In this document: positions 16,329 through 24,515 of the stretch, piece after piece
Layout of the letters: every line of letters begins with the position of its first letter
Position numbering within the stretch: position 1 is the first letter of the stretch
Assembly (NCBI RefSeq): GCF_003231495.1
Contig: NZ_PQWO01000021.1
Coordinates: forward strand, 30,001-62,000
Reading direction: 5' to 3'
Length of the DNA stretch: 32,000 nucleotides
Source of the DNA: Acaryochloris thomasi RCC1774
GTDB taxonomy: Bacteria > Cyanobacteriota > Cyanobacteriia > Thermosynechococcales > Thermosynechococcaceae
Notes under the pieces: generated by a model
What the model was told of the DNA's origin: nothing
Database searches by the model: none
Seen by the model: only the letters and a program-made list of their open reading frames with translations
Made by a program: the position numbers and the translations under genes

Positions 16329-18941
16329 CTAGAAAGGACAGGCGTTCGCGTCAAGGCAGTGATCGCCTGCTAAAGCCGCTTTAGCCTGCACATACTCCTC
16401 AAGCTTAATGTGGACCGGATCGACGTGCCAAATGTCTTGGCAGTACTCGCGGATCGCCCGGTCAGAGGAGAATTTCCCAATCCGAGCGACATTGAGAATC
16501 GCGGTGCGGGTCCAGGTCTCCTGATCTTGAAACGCCTGTCCCACGGAGTCTTGGCAGTCAATATAGGACTGGTAATCAGCAAGAACTAGGTACGGATCGT
16601 GGTGCAAAAGCCCTTCAACTAAGGGTTGAAACAAGCTGCCATCTCCGTGAGAGAAGTATCCTGAGCTGATCAAGTCAAGTGCCTCTCGCAGAGCAGCGTT
16701 TGAATCGTAATATGCTCGGGGGTTGTAGCTGCTTGCCTTGAGATCGGCTACCTCCTGGGCCGTTAGCCCAAACAGATAGAAATTCTCAGCGCCGACGGCT
16801 TCCCGGATTTCGATATTGGCTCCATCTAGGGTGCCGATGGTCAAGGCTCCGTTCATTGAGAATTTCATGTTGCCGGTGCCAGAGGCTTCTTTACCGGCGG
16901 TAGAAATTTGCTCGGATAGATCCGCCGCCGGGTAAATTCGCTGACTGTTGGTGACATTGAAGTCGGGCATGAAGACGATTTTGATGCGATCGCAAACATC
17001 AGGATCTTGATTCACCGCATCCCCCACCGCAGTAATCAGCTTAATGATCAGCTTCGCCATCCGATATCCCGGTGCAGCCTTGCCGCCAAAGATAAAGGTC
17101 CGAGGCGTCATCTCAATCTCAGGGTTGTGCTTGATTCGGTTGTATAGCGTGACGATGTGCAGCACATTCAAATGCTGCCGCTTGTATTCATGAAAGCGCT
17201 TGGCTTGGACATCATAAATTGAGTCTGGGTTGATGGTTAGCCCTTGGGTCGTCTGGATGTAGTCAGCTAGATCTTGTTTTACGGCCCGCTTCACCTGCCG
17301 CCATTCATGACAGAAACTCGGATCATTCGCCAGGGGGGCAAGCTGTCTCAAATCATCAAGCTGCTTGATCCAACTTTCGCCAATGTTGCGAGAGATGAGT
17401 TGGGTGAGTCTAGGGTTAATCAAAACCATCCAGCGGCGAGGGGTGACGCCATTGGTCTTATTGCTGAATTTCTCGGGCCACAGCTCATAGAAATCGCGCA
17501 GCACCCCAGTTTTGAGCAGTTCCGTATGCAAGGCTGCGACCCCATTAATGGCATGACTGCCCACACAGGCGAGGTGCGCCATCCGAATCCGTTTCCCGCG
17601 ACGTTCATCCAATAGAGAGAGCTGAGCCAGCTTGTCAGTGTTTCCTAAATACTTGAGCCGCACCTGATCAAGAAAGCGCTGATTGATTTCGTAGATGATT
17701 TCTAGATGGCGAGGGAGAAGACGACCGAATAGCTCTAGAGACCAAGTCTCCAGAGCTTCTGGAAGTAGGGTGTGATTGGTGAATGCAAACGCCTCTTGAG
17801 TGATGTCCCAGGCAATTTCCCAATTGATCAGATACTCGTCTACCAACAATCGCATCAGTTCAGCAATGCCAATCGCCGGGTGAGTGTCATTGAGTTGAAT
17901 GGCAAATTTATCAGCAAAGGTCTCTAACGGATCTTCTCTGAGCAGATGAATTTTGAGCAGGTTTTGCAAGGAACAGGAGACGAAAAAGTACTGCTGCTCT
18001 AACCGAAGTTGCTTTCCCTGAATCGGCTCATCGTTGGGATAGAGTACCTTTGTCAGGTTTTCAGAGGTAATTTTGGTATCCACTGCCCCATAGTAGTCAC
18101 CGAGGTTAAAGGCTTGAAAATCAAAGGATTCCGGTGCCTCTGCTTTCCACAGTCTGAGAGTATTGGTGGTGTTGACGCGATAGCCTGAGATGGGTGTGTC
18201 GTAGGGGACACCCTTAACCACCTGATGGGGAACCCAGCGAACCCGATAGTGTCCTTGGTCATCGGTGTAAGACTCAGTATAGCCACCAAATTTCACATCT
18301 ACCGCATTTTCAGGACGCGGAATTTCCCAGGGATTGCCGAGTCGTAGCCATTTGTCGGTGATTTCCACCTGCCAACCATCGCGGATTTCTTGATCAAATA
18401 TGCCGTACTCGTAACGAATGCCGTAGCCAATGGCCGGGATTTCTAGGGTGGCGAGGGAATCCATGTAGCAGGCGGCTAAGCGCCCGAGGCCACCATTGCC
18501 TAAGCCGGGTTCTTCTTCTTCTGCGAGGAGTGCATTGAGGTCTAGACCGGATGCTCTGACGGCCTGTTCAACCTGCGGATAGATGCCGAGGTTCACGAGG
18601 TTATTTCCCAGATGGGGACCAGGGAGATATTCGGCAGACAGATAGCAGACGACTTTTACGTCTTGCTCTCGGTAGGTTTTGACGGTGTTGATCCAGCGGT
18701 GGAGAATGCGATCGCGCACGGTATACGCCAAGGCCATGTAGTAGTCATACTGGGTGGCAATCTCAGGAAATTTGCCCTGAATGTAGTAGAGGTTATCTGC
18801 GATCGCACGTCGCAGGGTCTCAATACTAAAGCCGGTGCGGTCATCTTCGATCTGGGGGCCAGTCTGAACGTCCATCGAGTCAGACTGGCCCGAGGTCTCT
18901 TCTTCAAGGTCTGAGGCCGGATTCCAGGGATGTCTAAACAT
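16329..18941 (-). CDS. glgP: Glycogen/maltodextrin phosphorylase
   Basis: The protein is 870 aa. It has the pyridoxal-phosphate lysine motif EASGTGNMKFSMNGALTIGTLDGANIE. It also has N-terminal YFSAEYL-type (here YLSAEYLPG) and GNGGLGRLAACYMDS motifs. The exact start (ATG 18941 or the internal ATG giving MDVQT) is uncertain. Confidence 0.95.
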   Translation of the reverse strand: MFRHPWNPASDLEEETSGQSDSMDVQTGPQIEDDRTGFSIETLRRAIADNLYYIQGKFPEIATQYDYYMALAYTVRDRILHRWINTVKTYREQDVKVVCYLSAEYLPGPHLGNNLVNLGIYPQVEQAVRASGLDLNALLAEEEEPGLGNGGLGRLAACYMDSLATLEIPAIGYGIRYEYGIFDQEIRDGWQVEITDKWLRLGNPWEIPRPENAVDVKFGGYTESYTDDQGHYRVRWVPHQVVKGVPYDTPISGYRVNTTNTLRLWKAEAPESFDFQAFNLGDYYGAVDTKITSENLTKVLYPNDEPIQGKQLRLEQQYFFVSCSLQNLLKIHLLREDPLETFADKFAIQLNDTHPAIGIAELMRLLVDEYLINWEIAWDITQEAFAFTNHTLLPEALETWSLELFGRLLPRHLEIIYEINQRFLDQVRLKYLGNTDKLAQLSLLDERRGKRIRMAHLACVGSHAINGVAALHTELLKTGVLRDFYELWPEKFSNKTNGVTPRRWMVLINPRLTQLISRNIGESWIKQLDDLRQLAPLANDPSFCHEWRQVKRAVKQDLADYIQTTQGLTINPDSIYDVQAKRFHEYKRQHLNVLHIVTLYNRIKHNPEIEMTPRTFIFGGKAAPGYRMAKLIIKLITAVGDAVNQDPDVCDRIKIVFMPDFNVTNSQRIYPAADLSEQISTAGKEASGTGNMKFSMNGALTIGTLDGANIEIREAVGAENFYLFGLTAQEVADLKASSYNPRAYYDSNAALREALDLISSGYFSHGDGSLFQPLVEGLLHHDPYLVLADYQSYIDCQDSVGQAFQDQETWTRTAILNVARIGKFSSDRAIREYCQDIWHVDPVHIKLEEYVQAKAALAGDHCLDANACPF

Positions 18942-18965
18942 AAGGCAACAACCGTATTGAATACA

Positions 18966-19472
18966 TTATTTCTGTGAAACGGCATCTGGCTGACTGACCT
19001 TCAGCGTGTATTTGAAAGCCGCACCTTGATCAATACCTCCGACCCAGACTTTGTAGGTTCCACGCTTCAGATCGTGCAGTTCTAGTTGGGCCGCCCTCCC
19101 CGATGGAGAATCATCGGCACAGTAGAGCTTTTGATGGGGGCCAATAACGGCAAGAGTTGTATCTGGGTACTTGCTTCTGACCTGAAGGGTCAGATTCGGG
19201 AGCCGTTGTTCGAGCTTGATGATGTGATCTGCATCGTAGGAACCATAGCCCATGCACATATTGCGATCGCCATCTCGGGAACCCACGATGTGGTGTAGGG
19301 AGATAGCCCCCCGGTTATACCCTCTAAGAACATGGCTAGTTGGCTCAGCGTTGCGGGCCAGCGTTAGATCTTTGTAGCGACGAATATCAGCATTCGCAGT
19401 CCCGGTCATCATCACGGCCAGGAAGACCAGTGCCCCGAGTAGCTTCACTCGCTTGGTAGAACGAACAAACAT
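18966..19472 (-). CDS. Secreted hypothetical protein (signal peptide), 168 aa
   Basis: The N-terminus MFVRSTKRVKLLGALVFLAVMMTGTANA has n-, h- and AxA c-regions. The mature part is beta-rich. It ends 24 nt upstream of the glgP start on the same strand. Confidence 0.6.
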   Translation of the reverse strand: MFVRSTKRVKLLGALVFLAVMMTGTANADIRRYKDLTLARNAEPTSHVLRGYNRGAISLHHIVGSRDGDRNMCMGYGSYDADHIIKLEQRLPNLTLQVRSKYPDTTLAVIGPHQKLYCADDSPSGRAAQLELHDLKRGTYKVWVGGIDQGAAFKYTLKVSQPDAVSQK

Positions 19473-19679
19473 GCTGCGCTCCTCCCTTGATTAGGCTGCT
19501 GTATTACAGCAACGGATGTGAGTTCCCAGACTGACTCCAGACAGTTTAGATCTGGCATCGTTTATCTACGCCATTCCATTTGCGCTTTGGCTGCAGACAA
19601 AGCCACAGGGATTCTACACCTTGATCTTAGAAAAGTTTGTTGAGGAACTTATGAGCCTTGGGGTATTTCTACAAGCCCT

Positions 19680-19715
19680 GCTGCTTCCCTTTCTGGTCGA
19701 ACAGAAAGGAGCAGC
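19680..19715 (-). terminator. Stem-loop immediately after the TPR-gene stop codon (no clear U-tract)
   Basis: GCTGCTTCCCTTTCTG (19680-19695) pairs with CAGAAAGGAGCAGC (19702-19715) with a 2-nt bulge and a 6-nt loop. It abuts the TAA stop at 19718-19716. There is no T-run on either side, so intrinsic-terminator function is uncertain. Confidence 0.4.
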
Positions 19716-20264
19716 TTAAAAGTCAGAGCCTGTGTTGTGTTGCTGAACCCATTCCCGCATCTCTGCGGCTAAATCTGGCTCACCTTGTTGCTCAAATAGA
19801 TCGGCTGCTTTCTGAACGTCAGCGATGGCTCCCGCTGAATCTCCTGCCTCTAGGCGAAGGGTTGCTCGATCTGCATAGGCTTCTGCCATCGTGGGCTGCA
19901 GTTGAATGACGTGATTAAAATCCCTCAGCGCTTGCTGTGAGTGCCCAACAGCGTAATGGGCAACGGCACGATTGAAGAAAATATCAGGATTGCGGGGAGA
20001 CAGCCGTAGTGCTTGGCTGTAATCCTCAATTGCATCCAGATAGTTGCCCTGTAGAGCCTTTTGAATTCCGGCACTGTGGAGGATAACAGACTGATCTTCT
20101 CGATTGATCGCCTCTGGCTGACCTAGGGCGATTTCGACTGCGTTAGTACGATCTTGAGACTTTGCAAGGCTAGGCTTTGTCCAGTCAAGATTATGGGTCG
20201 CGATCGCAACGCCGATCGCAGCCACGACGCCCAAGACCCTATAAATGCGTGATAAAACAGCCAT
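19716..20264 (-). CDS. Tetratricopeptide-repeat protein with N-terminal membrane anchor/signal
   Basis: The N-terminus is hydrophobic (VLGVVAAIGVAIA). It is followed by three or four TPR units (e.g. YLDAIEDYSQALRLSPRNPDIFFNRAVAHYAVGHSQQALRDFNHVIQLQP). Confidence 0.8.
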   Translation of the reverse strand: MAVLSRIYRVLGVVAAIGVAIATHNLDWTKPSLAKSQDRTNAVEIALGQPEAINREDQSVILHSAGIQKALQGNYLDAIEDYSQALRLSPRNPDIFFNRAVAHYAVGHSQQALRDFNHVIQLQPTMAEAYADRATLRLEAGDSAGAIADVQKAADLFEQQGEPDLAAEMREWVQQHNTGSDF

Positions 20265-20587
20265 CGCTTCCTCCTAAGCGCGGGAACCACGCATAAGTGT
20301 AGAAATAGGTTTCTATATTGATATAAGCAGTGAAACTTGGCGTTTCTGTGAAGCCTGATTCAAGGACGACACCTAACTTATATTTCGCCAAATTCTCTTG
20401 GGCAGGAACAGTCAAACAACTCACTTTCATTGATGGGATGAATGCAAGTCATTGAGATCAAAAAGCAAGCTGTTCCAGATTAAAAACGCTAAAATAGAAG
20501 TATAGCAAAGGAATAAAGAGTTTATCTCTTGTTTTCAGAGCTATTAGTCCAAAACATTTTATTAAATCAAAAATGGAGGGGTTTAAA

Positions 20588-21208
20588 ATGAAAACCCGTC
20601 GTTTGTCTTGGATGAAGTATTCTCTCGCTTGTGTCGGTATTGTGGGTGCTTCGTTGATTGCTCAAGCGGCACTGGCTTCTGAGCCGGTTCCTAGTGCTGA
20701 GTCCCTAAGTCAGCAAGCTCAATCTCTGCAGCTTCAAGAAGATGGAGTCGTGAGTCAGGCTCCTTTGGAAGAAGCTCAGCCCTTCCAAGCCACACGCTCT
20801 GGACCTAGCTATATCGGCATTGGCGGTAACTTTGGTGGCTTTGGAGGCACCTCTGTCGGGGAAGATGGTCTGATTATCTACAGCAAGATTGGCCTGACTG
20901 AGTTCTTCTCAGTTCGTCCCGCCGTCGTCACTGACTTTGAAGATGATGCAACTTTCTTGTTGCCTGCAACCTTTGACTTTGCGCCCATTAAAGCAGGCAA
21001 GATCGGTCAGTCTCAAGTCCTGTTTGCTCCTTACCTCGGAGGAGGCATGGCAGTCACTACCGATGGAGACTTTGGCCCCATGGTCACTGGTGGTGTCGAT
21101 CTTCCACTCAACCGGAACCTCACTGCCACAACTGGCGTTCATGCCGGGTTCATTGATGATACAGACTTTGGCGTCTTTCTCGGCATTGGCTACAACCTCA
21201 ATCGTTAG
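20588..21208 (+). CDS. Secreted, probable small outer-membrane beta-barrel protein
   Basis: ATG at 20588 is preceded by GGAGGGG. The signal peptide is MKTRRLSWMKYSLACVGIVGASLIAQAALA. The Gly-rich mature part has an alternating hydrophobic pattern (GIGGNFGGFGG..., FLGIGYNLNR at the C-terminus). The functional assignment is tentative. Confidence 0.5.
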   Translation: MKTRRLSWMKYSLACVGIVGASLIAQAALASEPVPSAESLSQQAQSLQLQEDGVVSQAPLEEAQPFQATRSGPSYIGIGGNFGGFGGTSVGEDGLIIYSKIGLTEFFSVRPAVVTDFEDDATFLLPATFDFAPIKAGKIGQSQVLFAPYLGGGMAVTTDGDFGPMVTGGVDLPLNRNLTATTGVHAGFIDDTDFGVFLGIGYNLNR

Positions 21209-21253
21209 TGTTTAGAGAAAAAGGAGGATAAACGTTTAATTTGTTCTCTAAAG

Positions 21254-21293
21254 AGCCGTGGTAATTGCAAGCGTAGTTACCACGGCTTTTATT
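21254..21293 (+). terminator. Rho-independent terminator, possibly bidirectional
   Basis: A perfect 10-bp stem, GCCGTGGTAA (21255-21264) with TTACCACGGC (21277-21286), has a 12-nt loop and is followed by TTTTATT. It lies 46 nt after the stop of the 20588-21208 gene. The reverse strand has AATAAA before the same hairpin and CTCTTTAG after it, facing the convergent 21434-21880 gene. Confidence 0.75.
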
Positions 21294-21433
21294 AAAGAGA
21301 CTTCGACTTGTTTTATTGCTTCAAGGTGTCCTTACAGCAGGCCCGTTACCTGCTACGAATGGTGCGGGAGATTGAGAGCTGATAGTAACCAATTCCCTAA
21401 AAATACTTAGCTTTTCTATAACTCTACAAGATT

Positions 21434-21880
21434 TTAAGGTAAACCTCCGAGGCGAATTCCAGCTCCCAGAACAACAAACAGCACGGCCAGTGTGGTCACC
21501 CCAGCAATATGATAGGCCAATGAATTCAGGGTCTCTTTAGTGAGATTGGGAATAATAAAGAAGCGGGCATGAATTGCTAATGCTAAAGTGCCGAGCAACA
21601 GGCCCAGCTTGACGGCAATATAGGTCGATAAATAAGATTCAAAGGCGAAAAAAGTCTGAATACTAGGAAAATAAATCCTGGTCAGCCACAGCCCCGTGAT
21701 TACTTGAAGCAGCAGGGCAGATAGCCCAAACCCTTCGAATTTTTCTTCAAAGGCATGAATTTGTTCAGGATCACGTTTTCTCAGGGCGCTGGGCAGCACC
21801 GTGACAGCAAGGACGAGGTGCCCCCCTGTCCAAACTGTGGCCCCCAGCGTGTGCAGAATGACAAGCAGTTTAAACAGCAT
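21434..21880 (-). CDS. Four-helix integral membrane protein, CopD-family-like
   Basis: The protein is 148 aa with four hydrophobic helices. The N-terminus LLVILHTLGATVWTGGHLVLAV resembles short CopD-domain proteins. The family call comes from memory of the pattern, not from a search. Confidence 0.5.
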   Translation of the reverse strand: MLFKLLVILHTLGATVWTGGHLVLAVTVLPSALRKRDPEQIHAFEEKFEGFGLSALLLQVITGLWLTRIYFPSIQTFFAFESYLSTYIAVKLGLLLGTLALAIHARFFIIPNLTKETLNSLAYHIAGVTTLAVLFVVLGAGIRLGGLP

Positions 21881-22205
21881 CGGTATTAAGGTAATGATGA
21901 ATCATCGCTAAACCTCTAAATATCAATATCAAGTGCGGAGACTAAGATCGAGAACGTTCAGCGAGCTTCCTCTGGCATCAATTTTGTTGGCTGTGCTTGG
22001 GTCGGTTGCTGCCAAATGACTATAATGGCTTTGCCTACGAACAGCACCATGACGAGGGTAAAGCAGTTCCTCATCGGCCATGAGATCTCTTCCCCGTACT
22101 TCGTCCATAATTGTCTGTAAACTCCACACTCCACTTAAAACCAGATGTCAAGGTTCATCTGGCCTGCTATCGTCAGCATCGCGGGTCATTGCTGACTCTG
22201 CCAAA

Positions 22206-22238
22206 ACCTTAAGTTAGGAACCTGAGGAAGTTGTGAGG
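22206..22238 (-). promoter_or_regulatory. Copy 1 of the shared module: CCTCACAACTTCCTCA-N11-TAAGGT (gene-sense orientation)
   Basis: The plus-strand 16-mer TGAGGAAGTTGTGAGG at 22223-22238 is identical to the copy at 25788-25803. The TAnnnT hexamer at 22211-22206 lies exactly 11 nt downstream in minus orientation. It is intergenic, upstream of the 21881-22200 leader and the CopD-like gene. Confidence 0.4.
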
Positions 22239-22297
22239 GTTGAGTTCTTCCTCTTTTTGAGTTTCAGAGCAGCCTAGCACGGCCAACTCCAGCAGAT

Positions 22298-22639
22298 CTA
22301 TCGAGGCTCTAAGACTTCACCCTCAGGTTCTGAAACATCGACCTTGATGCCCGACTTTTGATAAAGTAGCTCCGATTGCGTTTTCAGGGCAGACAATCGT
22401 TTGTAGAGTCGATGCAGATCAGCTTTCTGGAGCGTCACACTCCCTAAGGGTGGCTCCAGGCTATCTAGCTCCAGTTGGGTCAATCCACTGGTTTGAGCAA
22501 GAATCTTCACGTCTTGACCGACGCTAATACTATTCTTGAGCAGAGTTGAGATCGCAGATATATCTAGCTTGGCCTCAGAGACATCGACATCTACCCCAAA
22601 CGAAATCACTATATTTAGAACTCGCCTGACCCATAACAA
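22298..22639 (-). CDS. Hypothetical protein downstream of the MreB paralogue
   Basis: The ORF has no ATG start; the candidates are TTG 22639 or an internal GTG. It lies 38 nt after the MreB-like stop on the same strand. It is predicted helical with heptad-like segments (LHRLYKRLSALKTQSELLYQK) and has no recognisable family. Confidence 0.4.
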   Translation of the reverse strand: MLWVRRVLNIVISFGVDVDVSEAKLDISAISTLLKNSISVGQDVKILAQTSGLTQLELDSLEPPLGSVTLQKADLHRLYKRLSALKTQSELLYQKSGIKVDVSEPEGEVLEPR

Positions 22640-22677
22640 GCTCTCAGAGCCGCCGTTCAGAAACTGACTGAAGACCG

Positions 22678-23781
22678 CTATTGAGCCACCAAAATTTTGC
22701 TATGGGGAACGGGGGTTTCCAGCGTGTAGCCTGCACCCATTGCGACTCCGTTAAGGGGGTCTGAAGCCATCTGCACAAACAGGTTGACTTCATGGCTAAT
22801 GAGCTGATCGAGGCCAGTGAGCAAAGCCCCACCGCCGGTCAAGATGACGCCGCGATCTGCGATGTCTGAAATTAGCTCTGGTGGCGTTAGCTCTAAAATT
22901 CGCTTTACGGTATCTACAATGCTGTGTAAGGGTTTAGATATGGCCTCTCTGAGATCGCCCCGGCAAATAGTTACGCTTCTACATAGCCCTGAAACGGGGT
23001 CGAGACCCGAAATATTGCTCTCTTGATTGTCCTGCTGAGGGTTGGCAAACGCAGAGCCATACTTAATCTTGATGTTTTCAGCCATGAGTTCTCCGATCAG
23101 GAGGTGATGGCGTGACTTCAAGAAGTATTGAATGGCTTGGTCAATTGCTTCTCCAGCTTCCCAACTCGTGACATTGATGACCGTTCCCATCTGACCGACG
23201 ATGGCGACTTCTGTTGTCCCACCCCCGACATCGACAATTAAATTGCCTGTTGGATGATCGATGGGCAATCCGGCTCCAATCGCCGCTGCAATAGACTTAT
23301 CAATCAGTGAAACTTTGCGGGCGCCGGCTTCTGACATGACTTCCGTCAAGGCCAAACGCTCAATGCTAGTGACGCCGTGAGCACAAGCTGCTGCCACCTG
23401 AGGGCGAAAAACAGGATGCCCTCCTTGCGCTTGTCTCATAAAGCGTTGAAGCATCTGTTCTGTCAACTCAAACTCTGTGACAACCCCGTTACGGATGGGG
23501 CGAATCACCGCGATCTCTTCGGGGTTGCGGCCAATGAGTTCTTTGGCGGCGGTCCCAAAGGCAATGGGTTTTAAGGTCTCTTTGTTGATCGCCACTACCG
23601 ATGGCTCTTGGAGAACCACGCCCTGCTCGGGGCTATAAATTGAGGTCTTGGAGGTACCCAGATCGATGCCGAGGCGATTCGATAGGCGACCAAGACGGCG
23701 TACTGAATTCCAGAGGCGTTGGTAGTCTAGATGGGGGGTTGGGACGTGCCATCTGGCAGGATGAGAAGTACTAATAGTCAT
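22678..23781 (-). CDS. MreB/Mbl-family actin-like ATPase, divergent paralogue
   Basis: It has the phosphate-1 motif LGIDLGTSKTSIY. It also has EPSVVAI, AVIRPIRNGVVTEFE and SLIDKSIAAAIGAGLP, the phosphate-2 motif LIVDVGGGTTEVAIV, the adenosine motif GVILTGGGALLTGLD and SDPLNGVAMGAG. By eye it is roughly half identical to canonical MreB motif blocks. It carries a roughly 35-aa N-terminal extension, and no mreC/mreD follows. Confidence 0.8.
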   Translation of the reverse strand: MTISTSHPARWHVPTPHLDYQRLWNSVRRLGRLSNRLGIDLGTSKTSIYSPEQGVVLQEPSVVAINKETLKPIAFGTAAKELIGRNPEEIAVIRPIRNGVVTEFELTEQMLQRFMRQAQGGHPVFRPQVAAACAHGVTSIERLALTEVMSEAGARKVSLIDKSIAAAIGAGLPIDHPTGNLIVDVGGGTTEVAIVGQMGTVINVTSWEAGEAIDQAIQYFLKSRHHLLIGELMAENIKIKYGSAFANPQQDNQESNISGLDPVSGLCRSVTICRGDLREAISKPLHSIVDTVKRILELTPPELISDIADRGVILTGGGALLTGLDQLISHEVNLFVQMASDPLNGVAMGAGYTLETPVPHSKILVAQ

Positions 23782-23906
23782 GGCTAGTAGGGGGTAAAGG
23801 CTGAGAAGGCTCGACCATATTGAGAAAAGTTTTGATTGATGCGGTTTTAGTTTGGGTTAGCAGGGGATGGATTTGTATCTGTCTCCTGCTGGCCGTTCGT
23901 AATTTT

Positions 23907-24407
23907 CTATTGAGCCTGAGGCTGGCTAGGGGGGGCTGGCGGTTCTGCCGCTGGGCTACTAAGAGATTGTGTTGTCGTCTCGACTAACTTAAGTTTTTGC
24001 TCAATCTCAGTCAACTGCTTTTGAGTGGCCTGCAGCTCACCCACTAAATCTTGTGAAACTTTTTGGTCCAGGGTTTGTAGTTTTTGGTCAAGCACCTCTA
24101 CTTGACTTTTCAATGCTGGATCAAAGCTGAGCTGCGCCGTATTTTCGAGCTTTTGTACCCGAAACACGAGCCAGCCTGAAACAGCAGCTAGCACGATTAC
24201 AAGAGTCCCGAGTGCCCCCAGCAGCTCTAGAGGTTGGCCTCGGTTACTGGCAATCTCTGCGCTCAAGCGATTGACTTCAGAATCGACCCTTCGCTGGAGT
24301 GCTTCCATGTCTTGCGACGAGGCTGGAGGATCAGGTCTACTGTCTTCGCTCGGCTTGCCAAGATCAGGATTTGAGGAGGGGGGATAAGTTGCATGTGTCA
24401 TAACCAT
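23907..24407 (-). CDS. Single-pass membrane protein with coiled-coil ectodomain and Pro-rich termini
   Basis: The protein is 166 aa. GAGGG lies upstream of ATG 24407. It has one TM helix (LELLGALGTLVIVLAAVSGWLVF). This is followed by heptad-rich Q/L/K/E sequence (QVEVLDQKLQTLDQKVSQDLVGELQATQKQLTEIEQKLKL). The C-terminus is PAAEPPAPPSQPQAQ. Confidence 0.6.
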   Translation of the reverse strand: MVMTHATYPPSSNPDLGKPSEDSRPDPPASSQDMEALQRRVDSEVNRLSAEIASNRGQPLELLGALGTLVIVLAAVSGWLVFRVQKLENTAQLSFDPALKSQVEVLDQKLQTLDQKVSQDLVGELQATQKQLTEIEQKLKLVETTTQSLSSPAAEPPAPPSQPQAQ

Positions 24408-24447
24408 TACCCTCAGAAATTGATACGTAGCGTTCTCTATATGTCTG

Positions 24448-24480
24448 AGGCTAGCGAAAACTATTGAGGAAGTTGTGATG
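24448..24480 (-). promoter_or_regulatory. Copy 2 of the shared module: CATCACAACTTCCTCA-N11-TAGCCT
   Basis: The plus-strand sequence TGAGGAAGTTGTGATG at 24465-24480 matches the other copies at 15 of 16 positions. The TAnnnT hexamer is at 24453-24448 with the same 11-nt spacing. The hexamer lies 41-46 nt and the 16-mer 58-73 nt upstream of ATG 24407. Confidence 0.4.
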
Positions 24481-24515
24481 CTGCTGTTGCTAGAACGATG
24501 AAGGTGGGGTTGTGA

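Noticed and set aside
20239-20430. 63-aa minus-strand ORF overlapping the TPR gene start
   Set aside because: It overlaps the TPR N-terminus out of frame and extends into AT-rich promoter-like DNA. It has no motif.
21929-22129. 66-aa minus-strand ORF in the 417-nt gap
   Set aside because: It has a GTG start, no SD, hydrophilic low-information composition and no motif. It is kept only as an alternative explanation within the gap finding.
23819-23836. Degenerate 16-mer-like sequence ATTGAGAAAAGTTTTGAT upstream of the MreB-like gene
   Set aside because: It needs an indel plus two mismatches, and it has no TAnnnT at the N11 spacing. This is too weak to count as a fourth copy. It would be worth re-scoring once a position weight matrix exists.
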